Origin: Lingula anatina
Lineage: Eukaryota > Animalia > Brachiopoda
Direction: 5' to 3'
Length of the DNA stretch: 64,000 nt
Assembly (NCBI GenBank): GCA_051362555.1
Contig: CM120642.1
Span: forward strand, 26,288,001 to 26,352,000
In this document: positions 12,427 through 25,494 of the stretch, one piece after another
Layout: each line of letters begins with the position of its first letter
Numbering within the stretch: the stretch's first letter is position 1
Made by a program: the position numbers and the translations under genes
The notes under the pieces: generated by a model
What the model was told of the DNA's origin: nothing
The model's database searches: none
What the model saw: the letters and a program-made list of their open reading frames with translations, nothing else

Positions 12427-15400
12427 ATGGGCAGAAAGAAATATTATAAGAAGAGTGGCAAAGGATTGGTTAATATTGAAATTCAAATGGATAGATGGAA
12501 TGTAGTGAGGGAAAAGCTACAAATTATGCCACATCACGAAGTGGCTAAACTGCTGTTAGATACGTGAGTATGGATACTTTCCTATATAATGTATGAATGG
12601 TCTACAGACCCTTTTATTTTATTAATGAAGTGTTATCCTTATATTTTCCCCTTAGCGATTTACCAGCCTATCCTGATATCAAGCAAACATAATTTCAGTT
12701 TCTTTTTGTACATGTACAAGATTATTACTCTATAAATCCCATGTTTGCTTGGTCTCATACCATGCTCGATAGGATACGTACTGTTCATACTTTTCTGAAA
12801 GTAATATATATATATTCTGCTTAAGGTTTATATTATGATTAGGCACATTGTATTTTGATTAGGTACTTCATATCTACTGGTCTTAGTTCCAACCTGGATC
12901 AAGCTGCTGATGAAAAAATCAGTGACACCAGTGGGCAGAGTAAGTCAAGATAGGACACTCCTCGTGATCCATGCTGGCATTTACATATGTGATAATAGAG
13001 TCATTGATCTCTATCATCTACCCGACTGATGGAACTTTTTAAGACAATATTTAACTAGGTTAAATAATGTATGAATTTTATATGAAAAAGTTTTGGGTAC
13101 AAACGATCTACTCTATTAGCGTCAGTATTATTCTCACTTGATTAATAATCATTATTCCCTAAAATTTTGTTCAAAAATTCCTTCATTTCTTTTTCATTAG
13201 TCCCCAAAAAGGAAGTGTTAAGCAAGAAAATGGGCAAAGTGAAAATAAGACCAAGATTTAACCTAAGCGGCAAAGGATTGATTGACATTGGTATTCAAAT
13301 AGATAGATGGAAAATAGTGCGGGAAAAGCTACAAATGGTACGAAATCCTGAAGTGGCTAAAGTGCTGTTGGATACGTGAGTATGGATACTTTCCTATGTT
13401 ATAATGTAAGGTCTACATACCCTTTATTTTATTGATGTAGTGTTATCCTTATGTTTTTCCCTTAGTGATTAACCAGCCTATCCTGATATCAAGCAAAACA
13501 TATAACTTCAGTTTCTTTTCTTGTACATGTCTGAGATTATTACTCAATAAATCCCACGTTTGCTTGGACTCATAATATAATGGATAGGATACTGTTCATA
13601 CTTCAGTGGCTTACTCCCTCTCCTGATACCAAAGCTTCCTTCCAGTGCAGGTTTTCAGTGTAATGTCAGAGTTCTCATGCTAATAAAAAATGTTTTTTTG
13701 TTTAAGAGTAAACAGATTGTATTATCATTTTCTGAAAGTAAAATATATACTTCTTAAGGTTTATATTATGTTTTTTAATTTTATAATTTTTCATTTTGAT
13801 TAGTTACTTCAAATCTACTGGTCTCAGTTCAGACCTGGATGATTCTTCCGATGAAGAAACCAGTGGGCAGAGTAAGTCAAGACAGGACACTCCTCATGAT
13901 CCATGCTGGCATTTACATATGTGATAATAGAGTCACTGATCTCTATAAAAAAGAAGATATATACAGAAAGTTTTAGGTACAAACAATCAAGTATTAGCAT
14001 TAGCATTATTCTTACTTGATTAATAATCATTATTCCCTTAAATTTTGTTCAAACAATTCATTCATTTTGTCTTCATCAGCCCCCCAAAAGGAAGTGGTAA
14101 GCAAGGAAATGGACAAAAAGGAAATAAAACCAAGATTTAAGCAGAGTGGCAATGGATGGGTTGATATTGGTATTCAAATAAATAGATGGAATGTAGTGCG
14201 GAAAAAACTACAAATTATGCAACATCCCGAAGTGGCTAAACTGCTGTTAGATACGTGAGTATAGATACTTCCTATATAATGTTTAGTCTTCAGACCCTCT
14301 TATTTTATTGATTCAGCGTAATCCTTATATCTTTTCCCTATTTTGGTTAATTTCTAGTGATTAATCAGCCTATCCTGATAACAAGCAAAACAGAGCATCA
14401 GTTTTCTTTTTATGCATGTACAAGTATGATGTCAGAGTTCTCATGCTAATACAATTTTTTTTGTAAAAGAGTAAACATATTGAAATATCACTGTATTATT
14501 ATTTTCTGAAAGTATAATTTATACCACTATGGGTTTTTATTGTGTCTTAATATTGTTTTTTGATTAGGTACTTCAAATCTACTGGTCTCAGTTCAGACCT
14601 GGATGATTCTTCCAATGAAGAAATTGGTGACACCAGTGGGCAGTGCAAGCCAAGACAGGATAATCCTCATAGTCAAGAAGCTGAAGGCAGTGTTCCAGTA
14701 TCACTTGAAACAGATAATGATATTCCGGATCAAATATTGAATTTTAAAATAGATTCGGCTTCTGTTGACATGTTTACAGGTGAAAATACGTGTGAAAAGA
14801 CTGATGCTATAGTTGTCAGCCAGAGCAAAGAAATAGAAAAAGAACCTCAGAATCTTGAGGTTCTTCAGGATGAGATAAGTGAGGAAGAAAATGATGTCCC
14901 AGAAAAAGATAATGGTTTTAAAGAACAAAAAGATGGAAATCTCGAAGCAGATGATGAAGAGTTCAAGTCCGGAGGTGAGGAAAGTGATGATCTTTATGAA
15001 CCAAGTGATGAAGATCTTGAAACAGTTGATGATAGTAGTGAGGGAAGTGATGATGCTTATGAACCGGGAGATGAAGGATATGTACAAAACAAAAGAAAAT
15101 GCCAAAAATGTCGTAAGTTTATCCCAAAGGCATCATTTAAGAAGCATCAAGAAGTGCATGAGAAGAAACAAAACATGGAATGCATATACTGTGGTAGTTG
15201 TTTTGAAAATGTGGAGGAATTCAATGCACATGTTCATGAAACAAAACCTGTCCATGAATGTCAGTTCTGTGGAAATTTCTTTGAACTCTACAGAAAATTC
15301 AGTAAACATGTCAAAGCGTGCCAAAAAACAAGAGAAAATGGGACAGTTAAGAAGTCATTTGTTTGCCAGTTTTGTGGTAAAACTTATCATTCTGCAAAAT

Positions 15401-15960
15401 CCCTCAAGAAGCACGAGAAATGTCACATAGCTGGATCAGTTTTTTGTCAGTACTGCCTAAAAGAATTCGAGTCTGAACGTGCTGCTAAAGCTCACGAAAA
15501 AACTCATGCAGAGGCAAATAAATACATTTGCAAACATTGTGGAAAAATTTTTCTATATAAAACAACTTGTGAAACACATGAAAAGCTACACTCAGCAGAG
15601 GCAGCCAAGGAATTACGCTTCAAAAGATTATGCCCAATTTGTGGTAAGGGCTATCACAGTGATGCTTATTTGAAGATACATATTAGAATTCACACTGGTG
15701 AAAGGCCTTACAAATGCAAGGTTTGCTTTAAATCCCATCTTTCTTCAAATAAACTCTCACGGCATATGTTAATTCACCAAGGCCAGAAACTATTCAAATG
15801 TAATTTCTGTGAGAAGTCTTTTCCACGAAAAGATGCCTATGTTAGTCATATGAGAGTGCACACAGGGGAGAAACCTTACAAATGTAGCTACTGCCCTGAA
15901 GCCTTTTCTCACAATGTCAGTCGTAAGGCACATGAAAAAGTTCACAGCGACAGAAAATAA
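12427..15960 (+). CDS. C2H2 zinc-finger gene 1 (10 fingers) with up to three copies of an uncharacterised N-terminal domain; exons 12427-12563, 12863-12939, 13201-13375, 13804-13871, 14080-14254, 14568-15960 (674 aa if all joined)
   Basis: The large exon has an acidic linker and C2H2/C2HC fingers with TGERPY/TGEKPY linkers. Upstream exons are GT-AG bounded and the phases chain to 2025 nt. The minimal gene 14080/14109-14254 + 14568-15960 is secure; inclusion of the upstream cassettes is inferred. Confidence 0.85.
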
Positions 15961-16907
15961 AGAAATTTGTTTTTAGCTCAACCTTCTAATAGTCTTTTGT
16001 AATTTGTTTTGTATTTTCTATTAAATAGAACAGAGAAAGAAAGAAATATTGATAACTTATTAGGCGCATATCATTACTCTTCAATTCACCAGTAGTTAAA
16101 AAAAAAAGCTACAGCTGTATTCATAATGGTTGTAGATTAACTATGTTCATAGATTTATAGTTTGATAAAATATACATTAAGCACGGTTTTGGTTATTTCA
16201 TGTTAATGATAAAAAAATAAATGCAGTATACAAGTTTACAATTTTTCAACTTTCTATTTTCATCACAAATATTTGGAGTACTCTCACAATCACTAGAAAG
16301 ATGTATTGTGATACATGAACTTTCTCAGAGATGAAATTGACATGACAACACCGGGATAAAATTTTCATTTTTATTCTGAAAATAAAATTCAAAATAATAT
16401 AAATGGTTTTATGAAGAGATAAAAAAGAAAATAACTTATAGCATCGCGCATAATTAATCTACTTAATTCGTAATATTTACATAAGACGTTACACAGAGCA
16501 TAATTTAACTGGCTGCTGAAATAAAGTATTTTGCCGATGAATTGTTTATTTGCCATAATTGTAGCCTTCGTTTGTGGTAGAATGGCAAATTTTCACAGAG
16601 AAAAAAGTGACTAAAAAGACTGAGAGATTGAACTGAAAAACCGCCGAACCCACATTTGGCAAACGAAAGGACGACAGCTTTAATAATTGGTGCAGTATCG
16701 GAAGTTACTGGATTCCCATAGCAGTTCAAAGGCCTGCCTTTAGAGTTTAGACTAGAGATTTTATCATTTTAACAGGTTACTGAATTTTATTGTCACAGCC
16801 AAACGAGAGACAGTAAGTTGGTGTATATTATATACATGTATGAAAAAGAAGATATACAGAAAGTTTTGGGTGCTAACGATCTATTAGCATCAGTACCTCA
16901 CTTGATT

Positions 16908-17356
16908 GGGGCCGTAGCGATAGTCCGAAGGTTCAATAGTCCGAAGGTTCATTGGTCCGAAGGTTCAATGGTCCGAATGTGCATTGAAGGTTCATTGGTC
17001 CGAAGGTTCGATAGTCCGAAGGTTCATTGGTCCGAAGGTTCATTAGTCCGAAGGTTCGATAGTCCGAAGGTTCGATAGTCCGAATGTAGGCCCGCTGTAT
17101 AAGTGTATAGTGAATTACATGTACAGGGGCGGATCCAAGATTATTTGAAGGGGGGTCCGCGGATGCAAAGCCCCCACCCCCCTTGGCGTAGGATCTGGGG
17201 CCCGCTAAAGGGCCCCGAAAATTGTTGGTGTCTCAAAATGACCACCTAGTTATCTAGAGACACATCTGTGAATATCTGTAAAAAATCTATCAGTCGCCCT
17301 GGTAGAGGGTTTAAAAGGGCAAAAATAACGTCAATACTAGCATATTACATTAGTTA

Positions 17357-17393
<37 letters not shown>

Positions 17394-17643
17394 AGATCTT
17401 GATGTTTTTCATGGGATTGGAAGTTGACGATATTTAACTGCAAAGGTTTATTTTGTAAAATCAAATGGAAATTTTCTCACGAGTCACAAGTGTATCTACT
17501 TTTTGTAGAGTACGTTTTTCTTCGTTTAAATGAATTTGTTACAAAGACAGCATTTTTGATGTTGTTCATCAGATTAGAAGTTTAACTGTTTTAGAATATT
17601 TCAACATGTTCAAACTGCCTTCTCACTTTTACTTTACGTTTAA

Positions 17644-17678
<35 letters not shown>

Positions 17679-17966
17679 ATAGGCCCACCGGGTTGATATG
17701 GCGTTGTCACATTTCTATTTCAGATTATAAACGTTTCAGCACCTTCAGTATTGCTGGGGAAGAGGGGGTGGAATTAAATATGTATTACTATTTGTGGATA
17801 TTTGAGCATATTACTGTATTCTGATACAATTTTTATGTTTAAAGGCCTAGTAAGGGAAAAGCTTGTTTTCGTAAATGCTCGTAATTTTTGTTTATATGCC
17901 AAGTTTACACTCCAGTTAATTCATCCTCATCCCTATGAGTAATACAGTACTGCTGGCGGAACGGCT

Positions 17967-17998
<32 letters not shown>

Positions 17999-18751
17999 GG
18001 GGGGGGTAGGGGAGTGGGCTGTGCGAACAACAACATAGTTTGTTTGGAAATGCAATTATTCTATAACTTTTACATAATTTAAGAAATGTGTAGGTTAGAA
18101 GAATTTGAATTCTAATCATAGTATCTTAAGACATTGTAAGAAAATGTCATTATAGGCGTCCTCTCATTTTATGCGTTCCAATCTTTATTCAATATTTCAT
18201 GTGTAACATGTATGGTGTTCATGAGTTGGAAAGGGTAGCCATTGCATATCCCCAAACTTCCCCACATTGTAAAGAGTAGTTCACGGAAACAATACGACCT
18301 ATATGGATAATTTTCACGTGCGTTTCGGTCGCACTCAAAACGAAATGATAAAGATTCTAGAAGCTGAGTTCACACGAAAGTTAATCACCCCCTAGCAGCT
18401 CCAGGATTGCTAATCTGATTGCATACAGTGAGAATCCTGGTGGAGTTGGATCAATCTACGTAGAATGATAGTTTCGTTGGGAACGCACCCTTAGATTCCG
18501 TTTGTAATTATAATTCTTAAAATCGAAGAACATCTTAAAATGTTTCGGACTATCGAACCTTCGGACTAATGAACCTTCGGACTTTCGAACCTTCGGACTA
18601 ATGAACCTTCGGACCAATGGACCTTTAATTTTCGGACTAATGAACCTTCGGACCAATGAACCTTTTTGTTGAAAATCTGATGAAAAATTTACGAATTTTC
18701 GGACCAATGAACCTTCGGACCAATGAACCTTCGGACTATCGAGACGCCCCC
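16908..18751. mobile_element. 1.84-kb member of the same foldback/Mutator-like family as 12161-12334, in the opposite orientation; contains fragments of other MITEs
   Basis: TIRs GGGGCCGTAGCGATAGTCCGAAGG / CCTTCGGACTATCGAGACGCCCCC; subterminal repeat arrays at 16920-17085 and 18543-18740; 9-bp TSD CACTTGATT (16899-16907, 18752-18760). Confidence 0.85.
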
Positions 18752-18846
18752 CACTTGATTAATAATCATCATTATTTCCTAAAATTTTGTTCAAACCATC
18801 CATTCTATTTTCATTTGTCCCCAAAAAGGAAGTGTTAAGCAAGAAA

Positions 18847-21800
18847 ATGGGCAGAAAGAAAATAAGATTGAAGCAGAGTGGCAAAGGATTGGTTGATATT
18901 GAAATTCAAATGGATAGATGGAATGTAGTGAGGGAAAAGCTACAAATTATGCCACATCCTGAAGTGGCTAAACTGCTGTTAGATACGTGAGTATGGATAC
19001 TTTCCTATATAATGTATGAATGGTCTACAGACCCTTTTATTTTATTGTTGTAGTGTTATCCTTATGTTTTCCCCTTAGCGATTAACCAGCCTATCCTGAT
19101 ATCAAGCAAAACATAATTTCAGTTTCTTTTTGTACATGTACGAGATTATTACTCAATATATAAAACCCATGTTTGCTTGGACTCATACTATGCTGGATAG
19201 GATACTGTTCACACTTTTCTGAAAGTAATATGTATACTGCTTAAGGTTTATATTATGATTAGGCACGTTGCATTTTGATTAGGTACTTCATATCTACTGG
19301 TCTCAGTTCCAACCTCGATCAAGCTGCTGATGAAGAAATCGGTGACACTAGTGGGCAGAGTAAGTCAAAACAGGACAGTCCTCGTGATCCATGCTGGCAT
19401 TTACATATGTGATAATAGAGTCATTGATCTCTATCATCTGCCAAACTGATGGAACTTTTAAAGACAATATTAAACTAGGTTAAATAATGTATGAATTTTA
19501 TATGAAAAAGAATATATACAGAAAGTTTTGCGTACAAACGATCTATTAGTGTCAGTATTATTCTCACTTGATTAATAATCATTATTCCCTAATATTTTGT
19601 TCAAACAATTCCTTCATTGCTTTTTCATAAGTCCCCAAAAAGGAAGTGTTAAGCAAGAAAATGGGCAAAGTGAAAATAAGACCAAGATTTAACCTAAACG
19701 GCAAAGGATTGATTGACATTGGTATTCAAATAGAAAGATGGAAATTAGTGCGGGAAAAGCTACAAATGGTACGACATCCTGAAGTGGCTAAAGTGCTGTT
19801 GGATACGTGAGTATGGATACTTTCCTATATAATATGGTCTACATACCCTTTTATTTTATTGATGTAGTGTTATCCTTATGTTTTTCCCTTAGTGATTAAC
19901 CAGCCTATCCTGATATCAAGCAAAACATATAACTTCAGTTTCTTTTCTTGTACATGTCTGAGATTATTACTCAATAAATCCCACGTTTGCTTGGACTCAT
20001 AATATCCTGGATAGGATACTGTTCATACTTCAGTGGCTTACCCCCTCTCCTGATACCAAAGCGTCCTTCCAGTGCAGGTTAATTTTCAGTGTAATGTCAG
20101 AGTTCTCATGCTAATAGAAAATGTTTTTTGTTTAAGAGTAAACAGATTGTATTATCATTTTCTGAAAGTAAAATATATACTTCTTAAGGTTTACATTATG
20201 TTTTTTAATTTTATAATTTTTCATTTTGATTAGTTACTTCAAATCTACTGGTCTCAGTTCAGACCTGGATGATTCTTCCGATGAAGAAATCAGTGACACC
20301 AGTGGGCAGAGTAAGTCAAGACAGGACACTCCTCATGATCCATGCTGGCATTTACATATGTGATAATAGAGTCATTGATCTCTACAAAAAAGAATATACA
20401 GAAAGTTTTGGGTACAAACAATCAATTAAGTATTAGCGTCAGCATTATTCTTACTTGATTAATAATCATTATTTCCTTAAATTTTGTTCAAACAATTCAT
20501 TCATTTTGTCTTCATCAGCCCCCCAAAAGGAAGTGGTAAGCAAGGAAATGGACAAAAAGGAAATAAAACCAAGATTTAAGCAGAGTGGCAATGGATGGGT
20601 TGATATTGGTATTCAAATAAATAGATGGAATGTAGTGCGGAAAAAACTACAAATTATGCAACATCCCAAAGTGGCTAAACTGCTGTTAGATACGTGAGTT
20701 TAGATATTTCCTATATAATGTTTAGTCTTCAGACCCTCTTATTTTATTGATTCAGCGTAATCCTTATATCTTTTCCCTATTTGGTTAATTTCTAGTGATT
20801 AATCAGCCTATCCTGATAACAAGCAAAACATAGTATCAGTTTTCTTTTTATGCATGTACAAGTATGATGTCAGAGTTCTCATGCTAATACAATTTTTTTG
20901 GTAAAAGAGTAAACATATTGAAATGTCACTGTATTATTATTTTCTGAAAGTATAATTTATACCACTATGGGTTTTTATTGTGTCTTAATATTGTTTTTTG
21001 ATTAGGTACTTCAAATCTACTGGTCTCAGTTCAGACCTGGATGATTCTTCCGATGAAGAAATTGGTGACACCAGTGGGCAGTGTGAGCCAAGACAGGACA
21101 ATCCTGATGGTCAAGAAGCTGAAGCCAGTGTTCCAGTATCACTTGGAACAGAAAATGATATTCCGGATCAAATATTGAATTTCAAAATAGATTCGGCTTC
21201 TGTTGACATGTTTACAATTGAAAATACGTGTGAAAAGACTGATGCTATAGTTGTCAGCCAGAGCAAAGAAATTGAAAAAGGACCTCAGAATCTTGAGGTT
21301 CATCAGAATGACATGAGCGAGGAAGTAAGTAATGACCCAGAAAAGGATAATGGTTTTAAAGATCAAAACGATGGAAATCTTGAAGCAGATGATGAAGATT
21401 TCGAGTCCAAAGGTGAGGAAAGTGATGATCTTTATGAACCAAGTGATGAAGATCTTGAAACAGATGATGATAGTAGTGAGGGAAGTGATGATGCTTATGA
21501 ACCGGGAGATGAAGGATATGTACAAAACAAAAGAAAATGCCAAAAATGTCGTAAGTTTATCCCAAAGGCATCATTTAAGAAGCATCAAGAAGTGCATGAG
21601 AAGAAACAGAACATGGAATGCATATACTGTGGTAGTTGTTTTGAAAATGTGGAGGAATTCAATGCACATGTGCATGAAACAAAACCTGTCCATGAATGTC
21701 AGTTCTGTGGAAATTTCTTTGAACTCTACAGGAAATTCAGTAAACATGTCAAAGCGTGTCAAAAAACAAGAGAAAATGGGACAGTTACGAGGTCATTTGT

Positions 21801-22398
21801 TTGCCAGTTTTGTGGCAAAACTTATCATTCTGCAAAATCCCTCAAGAAGCACGAGAAATGTCACATAGCTGGATCAGTTTTTTGTCAGTACTGCCTAAAA
21901 GAATTCGAGTCTGAACGTGCTGCTAAAGCTCACGAAAAAACTCATGCAGAAGCAAATAAATACATTTGCAAACATTGTGGAAAAATTTTTCTATATAAAA
22001 CAACTTGTGAAACACATGAAAAGCTACACTCAGCAGAGGCAGCCAAGGAATTACACTTCAAAAGATTATGCCCAATTTGTGGTAAGGGCTATCACAGTGA
22101 TAGTTATTTGAAAATACATATGAGGATTCACACTGGTGAAAGGCCTTACAAGTGCCAGGTTTGCTTTAAATCCTATCTTGCTTCAAGTGATCTCTCACGG
22201 CATATGTTAATTCACCAAGGCCAGAAACTTTTCAAATGTAATTTCTGTGAGAAGTCTTTTCCACGAAAAGATGCCCATGTTAGTCATATGAGAGTGCACA
22301 CAGGGGAGAAACCTTACAAATGTAGCTACTGCCCTGAAGCCTTTTCTCACAATGTCAGTCGTAAGGCACATGAAAAAGTTCACAGCAACGGAAAATGA
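18847..22398 (+). CDS. C2H2 zinc-finger gene 2; exons 18847-18986, 19283-19359, 19632-19806, 20234-20310, 20519-20693, 21006-22398 (678 aa if all joined)
   Basis: Close paralog of gene 1 with the same exon phases; 2037-nt open frame. Confidence 0.85.
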
Positions 22399-25300
22399 AA
22401 TTTGTTTTTAGCTCAACCTTCTAATAGTCTTTTGTTATTTGTTTTGTATTTTCTATTAAATAGAACAGAGAAAGAAAGAAATATTGATAACTTTTTAGGC
22501 GCATAACATTACTGTCCAATTTACCAGTTGTTTTAAAAAAAGCTACAGCTGTATTCATAATGGTTGTAGATTAACTATGTTCATAGATTTATAGTTTAAT
22601 AAAATATACATTAAGCACGGTTTTGGTTATTTCATGTTAATGATAAAAAAGAATATAATGCAGTATACAAGTTTACAATTTTTCAACTTTTTAGTTTCAT
22701 CACAAATGTTTCTTAGAGTACTCTCACAATCACTAGAGAGATGTATTGTGATACATGTACAGTATTTTCTCAGAGATAAAATTGGCATGACAACATCAGG
22801 ATCAATTAACTTTTCATTTTTATTCTGAAAATAAAAATTAAAAATAACATAAACAGTTAATTTTATGTAGTGATATAAAAGCAAACTGTCATAGTAGCGC
22901 ACAACAAATCTACACTACTTTATTCCCCATATTTATGTGACGTTATGTGTAGAGCATAATTTAACTGCAAGGCACATGGTGAAATAAAGTATTATGCACA
23001 TGCACAGTTTCTTTGCCATAATCACAGCCTCCATTTGTGCAGGGAATTGTATACCCAGTATAATTATAAATTATATTCAATCGGCAATCCTCGGCTCATT
23101 CCGCAACCTCCATACTAATATTGTATGTCGAGTGCGGAGACATCCGAGTAGTTCCGAGTGTATATAATGGGGAATACCCGCTTTAAGGGTCTGCCGCTAG
23201 ACGGCGTGGGGGTGAAAGCAGTCCTTCTTAAATCTCGCAGAATCTCGCTCACGGCTTAACACCAGAGTTTAACATGGAGCGTGTGCACGCGTCGCTGACA
23301 GTGAACCAACTCAAACGCAATTTACTTGAATGTGGTGCCATAACATCTGGATGAAAATGTGAATTGACTGAAAGGTATGTGTTTTCTTTTCATTTAGTGC
23401 TTGAAAAACACAAATGCTAACTATTTTCCTTGAAAAAAATCGAACATTAGTCGAGGTGTGTGTGTCAAATCTGACATGTTATGTACATGTAGACTACTGT
23501 AGGTACGAGTAGGCCTACGCTCATATTTTGTTTTAGTAGCACGAAAGACGAAGATTTTTTATACTTAGTAAATGAACTTATTTATTTTCTTTATAATGTT
23601 ACCCAAAGAAGGCCCATATATTGGGGGCAAAGCCTGAAACTGTCGATTTCAGGACCCAGGACAGCCTACTTCAAGAGCAGGATAAAATGATTACTTCAGG
23701 AATCTTACCCGTCACTTCACATCAGCGGCAAAGATTGATGTAGCCACCAGTTATGCCTACCCTAAAGCTGACTTACAGGCGACTGTGATGGACAACAACT
23801 ATTGCCAAGTGCCATGAAAACAATAATGCATGGATAGAGGGAATGATGTAAGTGAAAACAGAGGACTAATATTAAGAATCAGGCCCAAATATGAGAAAGA
23901 ATTATCAATCTAGGTGATGTGTGACATCATAGAAATATAATATTGTATGTTAACTATTTAATGCTGTAACCATCTACCATGCTTTAATGGGATATGAATA
24001 TTTCAGGTTGAGGAACAAACAGCGAAGGACACTGAGCATAGCAAGTTATAATAAGGAAAGAGCGCAATCTGACACAAGGAGAGACAATGGCAGATCACTG
24101 CTTCCAGGTTTGGAGAGATAATTGCAGCTACAGAGAAGAAGTATATAAACAAACTGTATGAATCATTGTCGTGTCCAAAACCATTGCAGACACATGACAG
24201 TTGGACCCGGACCCGATTTCCCCTTTTTGGAATGTGTATCTCGTGCACGAATCTGGGCCTAAGGAAAACCCGCGAATACTATACTAAGTTAGAGGGCCAG
24301 ATGTTCATTACAAATCGCCCATTCTGCTATTTTGTTGTGTTTACATTCAAAGATCTGTTTGTGGGGTTGATTCACTCTGACGCTGGATATTTTTCTACAT
24401 GTATTTTGCCCAGGATAACTTTTTTTAATGAAAAACACTATAGGAAGCATGAGTCAAGTAGTTTATAGAAAGAACCCCTGTATGAGATGGTTTTAGCTGC
24501 AATTTTAAAAAATGTTTTAACTAAAATGAAATAATTTGGTGGTGATATATTCTTTACAAAAAGTACTTATGTGTTTATGCTGTTTTTAATAATATTTAAC
24601 TGTAATGAAAAAAAAACCTATGATGCTATTTTGTAAAGTATTTTTAGTGGGATGAAATAAATTGCTAGTTGTATTTACAGCAAATAATTTGGTTTTTCTG
24701 CTTTTTAAAGAATTTTCAAAGTGATGACATAATGTGGTGGTTCTATTCAAGTAAAATAATCCATAAGTACTATTTTGTAAAAAGGAACAAAAAACTGTGT
24801 TAATTTGTAAAATGTTTGCTTTCTTTAATTTTTATTTCTTAAACTGTTACAAAAAGTTTTCCATACCTACAGTAATCCATTGGCTGAGAAATTGCAGCTA
24901 TATATTCAGGAAAGTTATAGCACATGGTTTCATGGTTTTTACTATGGACTGAATAATTATTTTGTTTAAATAAAATATTTGGTTTTGCTGCTTTTTAATG
25001 AATTTTCAGAACGATGAAATAATGTGGTGTTTCTACTCAAGTAAAACAATTCAGAAGTGCTATTTTGTAAAAAAAGAACAAAAACTGTTCATTTATAAAA
25101 TGTTTTCTTTCTTTAAATTTAATTTCTTAAACTGTTACAAAAAGATGTCCAGACATGCATTATTCCATTGGATGAGAAATTGCATCTATACATGAACAAA
25201 TATATTATCTAACTATACCTAGTTTTTATTTGATTTTAAATAAAAATAATTATTTAATTAACATTACCGGTCATGCTCAATACATCAATAAAAAAGGATA

Positions 25301-25494
25301 TTACTTAATAACACAACCTTATGCGGGTAGTAGGCTACCGGCACTTATATATATTTATTGACAACTCTTCTGAAATTACGGACATAAGAAAACGTACTTT
25401 GATAAATCATACTTTATAAGTTTTGCCAAGATCAATTAACCTTTTTACGTGTATTCTTTTTGAGGGAACTCGTCTATCTTTAGGGGCCTAACTA

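Noticed and set aside
14701-15430. Recurring antisense (MAFSFVLYIS...) and alternative-frame (Met/Lys-rich) ORFs over each zinc-finger exon
   Set aside because: Shadow frames of GAT/GAA-rich acidic coding sequence. They recur only because the host exon is duplicated, and their lengths vary among paralogs.
16920-17090. Short regularly spaced repeats (GTCCGAAGGTTC...) resembling a CRISPR array; also 18543-18740 and 12170-12325
   Set aside because: There are no unique spacers, the arrays are mirrored in inverted orientation and bounded by TIRs and 9-bp TSDs, and the DNA is eukaryotic. They are transposon subterminal repeats, and the ORFs over them (SLVRRF repeats) are artefacts.
8665-23040. Units 1 and 2 as an uncollapsed-haplotype assembly artefact
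   Set aside because: Not favoured: they differ in TE content and orientation, in finger-7/8 helices and in linker indels, and they belong to a graded five-copy series. Read-depth data are needed to exclude it fully.
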